From Acidimicrobiia bacterium (GTDB lineage Bacteria > Actinomycetota > Acidimicrobiia > Spongiisociales > ZC4RG35), in the NCBI GenBank assembly GCA_046565785.1, contig JBKHXZ010000200.1, forward strand, positions 1-43,311: a DNA stretch of 43,311 nucleotides, read 5' to 3'. Below are positions 35,593-43,311 of the stretch, one piece after another (positions within the stretch are counted from its first letter, which is position 1; each line of letters begins with the position of its first letter). The translations under genes were made by a program, and so were the position numbers. The notes beneath the pieces are model-generated. The model saw nothing but the letters and a program-made list of their open reading frames with translations. It was not told the origin of the DNA and searched no databases.

Positions 35593-36614
35593 AGCACTCC
35601 CGCCTTCACCTGGCGGGCGAGGATCCACAGCAGGTAGGGCGCGCCGATCAGGGACGTGGCGATCCCCACCGGCAGTTCGACCGACGCCGGGAACGAGCGA
35701 GCGGCGACATCGGCTCCCACGGTGACCACTGCCCCGACGAGCGCCGCCGGTACCAGACAGGCGCCGGGGCTGAACGCCAGACGCCGGGCGATGGGGCCGG
35801 ACACGAAGGCGACGAACGCCACCGGACCCGCCGCCGCCACGGCAAGTGCCGCAAGGGTGACGGCGAGCAACACCACCAGCAGCTTGGCTCGCTCCACCCC
35901 GATGCCGAGGCCGACCGCGGTGTCGTCCCCGAGGGCGAGACGGTCGAGCGATCGCTGCATCCCCACGATGGCCGGGGCGAGCACCGCCAGCCCGACGGCG
36001 AGCATGCTCACCTGCTGCCAGGTGCGACCGTTGAGCGACCCGGTGATCCACACCGTGGCCTGTTCGACCTGGTTGATGTCGGCACGGGTGAGCAGGAAGT
36101 CGACGAGGGCGGTGGCGGTGAATCCCACGCCGATGCCCACCAGCACCAGGCGATACGAGCGGACGCCGCGCTGCCACGCGAACACATACACCAACCCGGC
36201 GGTGATCATCCCTCCGGCGACCGCGCCGACCGCCACCGGGACGGCAGGGAACATCGTCAGGGCGACGATCGCTCCGACGGCGGCACCTCGGTCGAAGCCG
36301 ATGATGTCGGGCGATCCGAGCGGGTTCTGCGCCAGGGACTGGAAGGCGGCACCGGACATGCCCAGCGCCATTCCCACCAGGGCGCCGGTGAGAATGCGCG
36401 GCAGCCGCAGGGTTCGAACCACGAAGTCGGCTCCGGCCTCTCCGGACCCGGCCATCGCCGACCACACTTGCGAAGGGGTGAGCGGGTAGTCGCCGGCCAG
36501 CACCGACCACAACGACACCAGCGCCAGGGCGACCGCCAGCAAACCTGCCACGAAGATCGAACGCCACGGAAGGCGGAACGACACGTGTCGTGTGCGGACC
36601 GCGAGTTCGGTCAC
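35589..36614 (-). CDS. Iron-siderophore ABC transporter permease (FecCD family)
   Basis: Multi-TM FecCD-type sequence ending in the typical GAPYLLWIL block. Confidence 0.9.
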   Translation of the reverse strand: MTELAVRTRHVSFRLPWRSIFVAGLLAVALALVSLWSVLAGDYPLTPSQVWSAMAGSGEAGADFVVRTLRLPRILTGALVGMALGMSGAAFQSLAQNPLGSPDIIGFDRGAAVGAIVALTMFPAVPVAVGAVAGGMITAGLVYVFAWQRGVRSYRLVLVGIGVGFTATALVDFLLTRADINQVEQATVWITGSLNGRTWQQVSMLAVGLAVLAPAIVGMQRSLDRLALGDDTAVGLGIGVERAKLLVVLLAVTLAALAVAAAGPVAFVAFVSGPIARRLAFSPGACLVPAALVGAVVTVGADVAARSFPASVELPVGIATSLIGAPYLLWILARQVKAGVL

Positions 36615-37657
36615 AGCTCCGCCCCCCGCATACGGCGCACCACCGCCACGAACGCCGGGCCTCCGACGGCGGCCATCACGATCCCCGCCTGCAGCTCTCC
36701 GGGCGCCAGCACCAGCCGACCGGCGGTGTCACACAGGAGGAGAAGGGCCGCCCCGGTGACGGCCGAGAGCGGTATCGCCCAGCGATGGTCGGGACCGACC
36801 AGCCTACGGACGAGGTGGGGTACGACGAGCCCGACGAACACGATCGGGCCGACGGCGGCGACGGCAGCGCCGGCGAGCAGCATCACCGCCAGGCCGGCGG
36901 TGGCTCGCGCCGCTCCCACCCTGACCCCGAGCGCCTTCGCCGTGTCGTCGCCCAACGCCAATGAGTTGAGGGTGGCCGAAATCCCCAAAGCCGCAACCAT
37001 GCCGACCGTGATGAATGGCAGCACCGTCCACACCACGTCCATGTCTCGACCGATGAGGGATCCGACCACCCAGAAGCGGTACTGCTCGAGGCTGGCCTGG
37101 TCGATCAGGGTGATCGCTCGAGTGAGGGAGAACATCAGGGCGCTGGTGGCGGCTCCGGCCAGCACCAAACGGACAGGACTCGGCCGGCCCTTACCGACCG
37201 TGCCGAGCCCGTAAACGACCACTGCGGCGACGAGTGCGCCGGCCAACGCCAGCCACACCCGGGTGACGGGCCCAGCCCCGAGCGTGGAAGCTCCCAGTAC
37301 CACCGCGAAGGCTGCACCGGCGTTGACCCCCAGCAGACCTGGATCGGCCAACGGGTTGCGAGTGACCGCCTGCATGAGTGTCCCGGCGACCGCGAGGGAC
37401 GCCCCGGCGATGATCGCCAGGATCGTGCGCGGGATCCGGAGCTGACGGATCACCACGTGATCGGCGATCCCGGCATCGAAGCCGGTGAGGGCGTCGACCA
37501 CGGTGCCGAGGTCGACGGTTCGGCTGCCCAGGGCCACCGACGCCCCGATCGCACCGAACAGAACGACGACGGCACCGAGTGCGCGGAGCACTTTGGCCGA
37601 CGCCGGTCGGCGTTGTGGATGGCTGAGCGCCCGAGGGCGGGTCCGGGTGATGGTCAT
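36611..37657 (-). CDS. Iron-siderophore ABC transporter permease (FecCD family)
   Basis: Multi-TM FecCD-type sequence (LRIPRTILAIIAGASLAVAGTLMQ, GGPAFVAVV). 4-nt overlap with the next permease gene. Confidence 0.9.
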   Translation of the reverse strand: MTITRTRPRALSHPQRRPASAKVLRALGAVVVLFGAIGASVALGSRTVDLGTVVDALTGFDAGIADHVVIRQLRIPRTILAIIAGASLAVAGTLMQAVTRNPLADPGLLGVNAGAAFAVVLGASTLGAGPVTRVWLALAGALVAAVVVYGLGTVGKGRPSPVRLVLAGAATSALMFSLTRAITLIDQASLEQYRFWVVGSLIGRDMDVVWTVLPFITVGMVAALGISATLNSLALGDDTAKALGVRVGAARATAGLAVMLLAGAAVAAVGPIVFVGLVVPHLVRRLVGPDHRWAIPLSAVTGAALLLLCDTAGRLVLAPGELQAGIVMAAVGGPAFVAVVRRMRGAEL

Positions 37658-37696
37658 GGGAGGTCAGGGGTTGTTGCGGTTGCCCTACCATCACTC

Positions 37697-37740
37697 GGTA
37701 GGTGCCCCTAACCTATTTGCACTACCCGGACAGTGCAAAT
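37697..37740 (-). promoter_or_regulatory. Putative promoter of the siderophore-uptake operon with an IdeR/DtxR-like iron box and an overlapping perfect 10-bp inverted repeat
   Basis: On the minus strand: TTGCAC (37737-37732), 17 nt, TAGGTT (37714-37709). The 19-mer ATAGGTTAGGGGCACCTAC (37715-37697) matches 14/19 of TTAGGTTAGGCTAACCTAA. Inverted repeat TATTTGCACT (37713-37722) / AGTGCAAATA (37731-37740). Confidence 0.5.
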
Positions 37741-37778
37741 AGAGAGCGCGGCCCCAGCCACACTCCGCAATCGACTGT

Positions 37779-37811
37779 CTGCGGGTCGAAGAGGCTGTCT
37801 CCGACCCGCAG
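37779..37811 (-). terminator. Hairpin downstream of the small secreted-protein gene
   Basis: CTGCGGGTCG (37779-37788) / CGACCCGCAG (37802-37811), 13-nt loop, 17 nt past the stop at 37828. No U-tract. Confidence 0.35.
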
Positions 37812-37827
37812 CTACCAGATCAGACGA

Positions 37828-38112
37828 TCATGGCTGTCCGTGGACGCATCCCGAAAAGTACGGGGGAGCAAGGATCACCACCGCCGACGAGTTCTCCAGG
37901 GTGCGCTGACACGCCTCCACGAGTCCGCTGGCGTGCGAGGGTGGGAGCATCCCGACCGGTGATTCCACCAGCCCCTGACCCTGTCCGGGCACCGGACCTC
38001 CCCCCACCCACACGCCGTCGTGACCGGGCGCTACCACCACATGGGCCGAAGCCGGAAGTGCTGTCAGCACCATCAGTGAGGCACCCACCACCCCTGCAAT
38101 CAGCTTCCTCAT
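37828..38112 (-). CDS. Small secreted protein (94 aa), unknown function
   Basis: ATG at 38112 with an AAGGAGAG RBS and ATGA overlap with the upstream gene. Signal peptide MRKLIAGVVGASLMVLTALPASA, then HVVVAPGHDG. Two Cys in the mature part. Confidence 0.55.
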   Translation of the reverse strand: MRKLIAGVVGASLMVLTALPASAHVVVAPGHDGVWVGGGPVPGQGQGLVESPVGMLPPSHASGLVEACQRTLENSSAVVILAPPYFSGCVHGQP

Positions 38113-38729
38113 CGCTTCTCTCCTTTCCGGCGGACACCGTCGGTCCGCACATCCTCCATGAGCTCGCGACGGGTACGGGCGGCCCACAGGCAGAAGGCCA
38201 CCACCGCCACCGAACCTGCCGAGTAGATGACGATCTGACGAAAGCCGGTCAGAGGCTCGCCGATCCCTGCCACCACGTACGCCACCGCAGTGACGAGCGC
38301 GGTGGTGTGCCAGCGACGTGAGAAGCGACCGCCCTCCCGGCGCACCGTCGCCAGCAACCATCCACCGAACGCCGCCATCGACAGGAACTGGACGGTGAGG
38401 AACGCCCTCCCGCCTTCGATCTGCAAGGTGTCCGAGACGATCAGCCCCAGTGACGAGGTGATCATCCCTGCGGCGGCCGCCAGTCCGGTGGCGGCCACCC
38501 CGTCGACGCCGGAACGTCCGCCACGCCGATGCAGATGCAGCACCACAGGCATCAGTCCCACCCCGATGACACCGGCGGCCAGATCGCTGAGTGGGGCGAA
38601 GATCCCGCCGACGGTGAAGTACCCCACCCCCAGAACCGCGCCGGCCACCGTCCCCCACAGTGCGACCCGCGCCCCACGGGCTGCGGCAGCCGCGTCCGGC
38701 CGAACCTCTGTCGAAAGCGAAGTGGTCAT
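38109..38729 (-). CDS. Hypothetical integral membrane protein (206 aa)
   Basis: ATGA overlaps at both ends. About 6 hydrophobic segments. No family recognised. Confidence 0.6.
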   Translation of the reverse strand: MTTSLSTEVRPDAAAAARGARVALWGTVAGAVLGVGYFTVGGIFAPLSDLAAGVIGVGLMPVVLHLHRRGGRSGVDGVAATGLAAAAGMITSSLGLIVSDTLQIEGGRAFLTVQFLSMAAFGGWLLATVRREGGRFSRRWHTTALVTAVAYVVAGIGEPLTGFRQIVIYSAGSVAVVAFCLWAARTRRELMEDVRTDGVRRKGEKR

Positions 38730-39160
38730 GCCGCCACCGCCGTGCGATGCCGGTTCACCAGGATCAGGTGGCGTGCCACCAGGAGGCCGGCGATCAGCAT
38801 GGTGAGGTGGAAGCCGTATTCGATGGCGGCCAGACCCGCCCAATTGTCGTGGGCAGTGGACTGGTGGAACGCCCCGTGCGGGAACCAACTCACCAGCGCC
38901 CAGCCGACCGCCAGATGCGCAGCGATCGCCCCGGGACCTCGCAGCACATCCCGACCGAAGATCAGCCACACCAGGCCGATCCCGAACACGACCGCCTCGA
39001 TCACCGAGTAGAGGATCAAGGCCCCCAACACTCCACCTTCGAGTCCCGGCGCCGGTTCCACCCCCCAGAACCCGCCCAGCGGACCGTTGGGTCCGGCGAG
39101 GCCGGCGATCAGCGTTCCTGCCACTGCCACTGCGATGCGTGTACCTCGTGTGCCTGTCAT
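38726..39160 (-). CDS. Hypothetical integral membrane protein (144 aa) with a His/Trp-rich loop
   Basis: ATG at 39160 preceded by GAGGAGGAG. About 4 TM segments. Loop SWFPHGAFHQSTAHDNW...EYGFH. Confidence 0.6.
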   Translation of the reverse strand: MTGTRGTRIAVAVAGTLIAGLAGPNGPLGGFWGVEPAPGLEGGVLGALILYSVIEAVVFGIGLVWLIFGRDVLRGPGAIAAHLAVGWALVSWFPHGAFHQSTAHDNWAGLAAIEYGFHLTMLIAGLLVARHLILVNRHRTAVAA

Positions 39161-39173
39161 TGCGTTCTCCTCC

Positions 39174-40172
39174 TCATCGGGACCGCGCACCGGATGACAT
39201 CCAGTGCGCGATCGTTTCGTCGTCTTCGCCGTCCAGGTAGCGCCGGGTGGCTTCCCCGACGAGATCCGGGAAGTCGAGCCCAGGCAGGTGTCCGGCGTTC
39301 GGGATGTCGAGCTGGCGGGCGTCGCCCATGGCAGCGACGATCCGGCGGCCGACGGCGGGGCCGCCGAACCGGTCGTCGGCTCCCCACAGGAAAAGGGTCG
39401 GCGCCTGCACCTGGGCGAACAGGTCAGCGTTCAGTAGTACCGGCGGTCCCGAATCCGCCCCGCGGATGACACTGCCCAGCATCTCGGTTTCGAACCGCAT
39501 CGTGTCGGTGTTCGCGCCAAGGGCCTCCGACCACTCCCAGAACCCGGCCGGCAGGCCATGGCTGTCGAGCGTGGCGCCGTGGCCCATCTGCCGGAAGATG
39601 ACCCGCCCAACCCTCCGATTCGGGGGCAGCGCCGAAACGAGCCATCGGATCGGGCGATAGCGAAACCCACGGATGAACGGCGGCAGCGTCTCCCCCGGCA
39701 CCAGTGCCGGACAGGACAGCAACACCATGCGGTCGACACGGCGCGGCTCGGCGGCAGCGGACCGCAGCGCCAGGTGACCGCCGAACGACGAGGCCACCAC
39801 GTGCGCCCGGTCGATGCCCAGCCCGTCGAGCACGTCACCGACGAAGCGTGCTCCGAACTCCGGTAGACCGGCCGCATCCAGCCGGTAGGGAGCGCTCAAC
39901 CCGACACCGGGGCGGTCGACGAGAAGGCAGCGGTAGCCAAGAAAGTCCGCCAGCATCGGCACGAAGGTGGCTCCGGCGTTGGTTCCGCCGTGGATGAAGA
40001 CCACGGGTTCTCCCTCGCCCACCTCCTGCACGCGGACGTCGGTCCCGATCCGAGGAAGTCGGATGTAGGACTCGGTCGGCTTCCGATCGATCGTCGCCCA
40101 CAGGCCCGCCTCCGCACTTCGATAGGCCGTCTCGTTCAATGCGCACCTCCTGGATGGCAACGTACGAGGCAC
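39174..40172 (-). CDS. Alpha/beta hydrolase
   Basis: Motifs VVFIHGGTNAG and DRPGVGLS, nucleophile region VVASSFGGHLAL, C-terminal NAGHLP. Start codon uncertain. Confidence 0.75.
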   Translation of the reverse strand: MPRTLPSRRCALNETAYRSAEAGLWATIDRKPTESYIRLPRIGTDVRVQEVGEGEPVVFIHGGTNAGATFVPMLADFLGYRCLLVDRPGVGLSAPYRLDAAGLPEFGARFVGDVLDGLGIDRAHVVASSFGGHLALRSAAAEPRRVDRMVLLSCPALVPGETLPPFIRGFRYRPIRWLVSALPPNRRVGRVIFRQMGHGATLDSHGLPAGFWEWSEALGANTDTMRFETEMLGSVIRGADSGPPVLLNADLFAQVQAPTLFLWGADDRFGGPAVGRRIVAAMGDARQLDIPNAGHLPGLDFPDLVGEATRRYLDGEDDETIAHWMSSGARSR

Positions 40173-40295
40173 CCGGAGGCGACAGAACCGTGGTCACTTC
40201 AGTCCTGTGGTGGTGTCTACCGCACCACCGCTGGCACTGAGGAGTGCAGCAAGCCGCAATGGACACCCGACCGACCCACCGTCGACAATGCCGGT

Positions 40296-40715
40296 GTGCA
40301 GCGAATCATCTGGGTCGTGGCCGTCGTGGGATGGGGAGTCATCGGCGCCGCGCTGTGGGTCGCGTCTGCGGCGTTCGGAACCTCGCTGCTGGGTGAGGCC
40401 TCCGTGCAATACCTGTTCCTGATTCCAATGCCCTTCCTGGCCGCCGGGACATGGCTCCTGGCGCGGCGGCCGGATCACCGCATCGGCTGGCTGCTGATCG
40501 TCGGAACGGTCGGAACGATGGTCTTCAGCGCCTTCGGTGAACAGGCGGTCCGCTACCACCTCGCCACCAGCGACACCATCCCCGTCTGGATACGACACAC
40601 GCTCGCGCTCGAGACCCTCGTGAGCATGGTCGGCCTGGCAAGCCTCAGCATGCTCATCGCCCTCTTCCCCACCGGACGGCCCCGGGTCCAACGAGAGCAG
40701 AGGTTCTCCCGCTGA
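40296..40715 (+). CDS. Four-TM membrane segment that reads as the N-terminal sensor module of the downstream histidine kinase, ended by an in-frame TGA
   Basis: GTG start at 40296. Same frame as 40716-42293, with only the TGA at 40713-40715 between them. Confidence 0.5.
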   Translation: MQRIIWVVAVVGWGVIGAALWVASAAFGTSLLGEASVQYLFLIPMPFLAAGTWLLARRPDHRIGWLLIVGTVGTMVFSAFGEQAVRYHLATSDTIPVWIRHTLALETLVSMVGLASLSMLIALFPTGRPRVQREQRFSR

Positions 40716-42293
40716 GTGTGGTGGCTTCCACTGCCGATGGCAGTGGGACTGGTCTCCAACCCCGACCTGCCGCTCGACAGCGTGGTGTACGGGGACCTCC
40801 GCCTGGCCAACCCCTACCACCTCCCGGCTTTCTCGCCCCTGGGCCCCGCCACCGCCTCGATCCGCTACCTGCTGGCAATGGTGCTGGTGGTGGCGTTGGT
40901 GATGCTGCTGCTCCGCTATCGGGAGGCCTCCGCCGGGGAACGACGCCAGATCCGATGGGTGCTGTTCGGGACGTCTGCCGCTGTCGCCCTCGGCATCATG
41001 CCGTTCGTCATCGCACCGATCCTGTGGCCCGGCTCGTTGGGTCACGGCGGATGGCTGTTCGTCAGCACCGGAGCACTGCTGCTCATCCCGGCGTCGGTCG
41101 TCATCGCAGTCGAACAGCCCCGCTGGCTGGACACCGACGCCGTCATTCGCAAGTCCCTGGTCTACGGAGCGCTCACGGTGGGGATCTTCGGCATCTACGC
41201 CGCCGTCGCCGCCGGGCTCGGCCTGGCGGCCGGGGCCCGGCTTCCGGTGGAACTCGCCATCGTCCTGACTGCCGTGCTCGCCATCGCCTTCCAGCCCACC
41301 CGCTCGCGCATGCAGTTGGTGGCCGATCGCATGGTGTTCGGATCTCGACCGAGTGCGATCGAGGCCGTCGCCGGGTTCGAGGAAGCAGTGCGGATGGCTC
41401 AAGATCCGGGCGAGATCGGCTCGCAACTCGCCGAGCTGGTGCGAACGGCCGCACGGCTGCATTGGGTCACGGTCGAGATCCCGCCCGCTGAGCCGCGAAC
41501 GGTCGGAAACCCGGTTGGCGAACCTGCGCACATCGAGGCAATCACCCGCAACGACGACGAGTTCGGACGGATCCTGTGTGGACCACGCATCGCCGGGCCG
41601 TTCGGCGATCGGGAGCGCGACCTGGTACGTGCCCTCGCCGGCCAGGCCGGACTGATCCTCGCCAATCTGCGACTGGCCGGACGGCTGGTCCACGCTCAGG
41701 AATCCGAGCGGCGACGGATCGAACGGGACATCCACGACGGAGCCCAGCAGGAGTTGGTGGCGCTGGTGGCGAAGCTCGGTCTGGCCCGGTCGAGAGTGCG
41801 GGACGGTTCACTCGACGAGGCGTCGCTGGTCGATCTGCAACGAGACGCCCAGGCGATCCTCCGTGACCTGCGGGAGTTCGCCCAGGGCATCCACCCGTCG
41901 GTTCTCACCGACGGAGGCTTGGTCGAGGCGATCCAAGACCGGTGCGCCAGGCTGCCCCTGGAGGTGACGTTCGACACCAACATCGGTCGTGCCCGGTTCG
42001 CCGACGACGTGGAAGGGGCGGCCTATTTCTTCGCCTCGGAGGGGTTGACCAACGTGCTCAAACACAGCGAAGCCACCCGGGCCGCCGTCCGCTTGCACCT
42101 CGCCGACGGCTGGCTCGGCATCGAAGTGCAAGACGACGGACGGGGACTGGTCCCGGGACCGACCGGTAGTGGCCTGACCGGCCTGGCCGACCGGTTCGAG
42201 GCGCTGGGCGGGTCGGTTTCGGCCGATAGCCGTGGCGGGCAGGGAACAACGCTCACCGGGCGGCTTCCCCTCCACCGGAAGGCCGACACATGA
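40716..42293 (+). CDS. Sensor histidine kinase, NarL/DesK type (HisKA_3 + HATPase_c) with multi-TM N-terminal region
   Basis: H-box ERRRIERDIHDGAQQELVAL, N-box EGLTNVLKHS, G-box VQDDGRGL...GSGLTGLADR. Five predicted TM segments before the cytoplasmic part. Confidence 0.85.
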   Translation: MWWLPLPMAVGLVSNPDLPLDSVVYGDLRLANPYHLPAFSPLGPATASIRYLLAMVLVVALVMLLLRYREASAGERRQIRWVLFGTSAAVALGIMPFVIAPILWPGSLGHGGWLFVSTGALLLIPASVVIAVEQPRWLDTDAVIRKSLVYGALTVGIFGIYAAVAAGLGLAAGARLPVELAIVLTAVLAIAFQPTRSRMQLVADRMVFGSRPSAIEAVAGFEEAVRMAQDPGEIGSQLAELVRTAARLHWVTVEIPPAEPRTVGNPVGEPAHIEAITRNDDEFGRILCGPRIAGPFGDRERDLVRALAGQAGLILANLRLAGRLVHAQESERRRIERDIHDGAQQELVALVAKLGLARSRVRDGSLDEASLVDLQRDAQAILRDLREFAQGIHPSVLTDGGLVEAIQDRCARLPLEVTFDTNIGRARFADDVEGAAYFFASEGLTNVLKHSEATRAAVRLHLADGWLGIEVQDDGRGLVPGPTGSGLTGLADRFEALGGSVSADSRGGQGTTLTGRLPLHRKADT

Positions 42294-42961
42294 ACGTGGT
42301 GATCGCCGACGATCACTATCTGGTGCGGGAGGGAACCAGACGCCTGCTGGAGTCTTCCGGGGCGGTGACCGTGGTCGCCGCAGTCGAGAACGCCGACCAG
42401 TTGGTCGAGTCGGTGGATCGCCTGGCACCGGATGCGGTGATCGCCGACATCCGCATGCCTCCAAATCATCAGATGGAGGGCATCGAGGCGGCGCACCGGT
42501 TGCGGGCCGGCCACCCCGACCTCGGCATCGTGATCCTGTCCCAGCACGCCAACCCGATGTACGCCTTCGAGCTGTTTCGGGATGGCACTGCCGGTCTCGC
42601 CTACCTGCTCAAGGATCGGGTGGGCGATCTCGACGAACTACTGCGAGCGCTACGCGAAGTGACCAGCGGAGGATCGGTGATCGATCCGACGGTGGTGGAG
42701 GGCCTCCTCGGGCGAGAACGACACGCCGGTCGTCGCCTGTTGGACACTCTCACCGACCGAGAAACCGAAGTGCTGGCGGCGATGGCGGAGGGACGCTCCA
42801 ACTCGGCGATCGGTGAGGCGCTGTTCATCTCCCAGTCGGCGGTGGAGAAGCACATCAACTCGATCTTCGCCAAGCTCGGCCTCTCCCCCGACGCTTCCGA
42901 GACCCACCGCCGGGTCGCTGCGGTGCTGGCGTTCCTCCGCCAAGCCGACCCTGCCCCCTGA
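42290..42961 (+). CDS. Response regulator, NarL/LuxR family
   Basis: ATGA overlap with the kinase. Receiver domain (VVIADDH...DAVIADIRMP). LuxR HTH block LTDRETEVLAAMAEGRSNSAIGEALFISQSAVEKHINSIFAKLG. Confidence 0.9.
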   Translation: MNVVIADDHYLVREGTRRLLESSGAVTVVAAVENADQLVESVDRLAPDAVIADIRMPPNHQMEGIEAAHRLRAGHPDLGIVILSQHANPMYAFELFRDGTAGLAYLLKDRVGDLDELLRALREVTSGGSVIDPTVVEGLLGRERHAGRRLLDTLTDRETEVLAAMAEGRSNSAIGEALFISQSAVEKHINSIFAKLGLSPDASETHRRVAAVLAFLRQADPAP

Positions 42962-42994
42962 CGCTTTGCACAGTCACGCCGGTAGCGTCGGACG

Positions 42995-43311
42995 ATGCCT
43001 CGCCTGGCTATCGCTCTCCTCCTCGTCCTCACGGCGTGCTCTCCCGGCGTCACCGCAGAGGTCCGGCCCTTCTCGGAGATCGCCGACGGCGAACCGCAGA
43101 TCAGCTTCGATGCGTCCGGCACGGTGGCGACGCTCACCATCCGCACCACCGTGGATGCGGTGTGTGCGGTGGTGTACGGCGAAGACGAACCGTCGGGAGG
43201 AATCGCCACCGACCGGGACATGGGAGGCGGAGCCCACTCCGATCACCAGGCGGTGATGACAGGTCTGCGTCCCGAGACGACCTATCAGTACCGCCTGCAG
43301 GGCGTCGCCGC
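42995..43311 (+). CDS. Lipoprotein, N-terminal part (3' end outside window); FN3 / purple-acid-phosphatase-N-like beta domain
   Basis: ATG at 42995, MPRLAIALLLVLTAC lipobox. The frame is open to the window end, which is why it is absent from the ORF track. TGLRPETTYQYRLQG resembles PAP N-terminal/FN3 strands. Confidence 0.55.
   Translation, partial: MPRLAIALLLVLTACSPGVTAEVRPFSEIADGEPQISFDASGTVATLTIRTTVDAVCAVVYGEDEPSGGIATDRDMGGGAHSDHQAVMTGLRPETTYQYRLQGVA

Noticed and set aside
40713-40746. In-frame TGA in the kinase as a selenocysteine codon with a downstream SECIS element
   Set aside because: The hairpin has only a 3-nt loop, and I could not recognise the apical-loop features I recall from bacterial SECIS elements. 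The codon lies in a membrane-proximal loop where relatives would be expected to have Trp. No selenoprotein machinery is visible in the window. A TGG-to-TGA change is more parsimonious.
1-43311. Search for CRISPR arrays, tRNA/rRNA genes, IS elements, integrases, toxin-antitoxin pairs or classic defence genes
   Set aside because: I saw no repeat-spacer periodicity, no transposase/integrase-like translations in any frame, and no terminal inverted repeats. Apart from the small scar at 28459-28613 and two AT-rich promoter patches, composition and codon usage look uniform. There is no evidence that the window is a mobile or defence island.

Overview
GC-rich, densely coding chromosomal segment of actinobacterial type: frequent GTG starts, many 1- or 4-nt stop/start overlaps, and F420/mycothiol-type protein families. 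I found no rRNA, tRNA, CRISPR array, transposase or integrase. Left to right: the 3' part of a methylcrotonyl-CoA carboxylase beta gene; a four-gene OpuC/OsmU-type osmoprotectant ABC importer; the carboxylase alpha subunit; a 3-hydroxyisobutyrate-dehydrogenase-family gene; and a DinB-like gene. On the minus strand follow a molybdopterin oxidoreductase, metY, an alpha/beta hydrolase, a SAM riboswitch and metX. Next come an SDR, a HisA-fold paralogue with an added C-terminal domain, and an unusual endonuclease-IV-like::LigD-type primase-polymerase fusion. A nearly complete heme pathway supercluster follows (hemH, a split-barrel flavin/F420 protein, hemF, then hemA-C-D-B-L-E-Y), ending in a translationally coupled MFS transporter. 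After that: a decayed FMN-reductase fragment, a TetR/hydrolase operon with an AT-rich consensus promoter and palindrome, a membrane protein, an LLM oxidoreductase and a class III aminotransferase. An iron-siderophore ABC uptake operon with a DUF2470::siderophore-interacting-protein fusion and an IdeR-like iron box comes next. The window ends with three coupled small membrane/secreted proteins plus a hydrolase, a NarL-type two-component system whose kinase is interrupted by an in-frame TGA, and a partial lipoprotein gene. The best candidate for something undescribed is the EndoIV-like::PrimPol fusion with the adjacent atypical HisA-like gene. All calls rest on by-eye motif recognition, and no searches were run.
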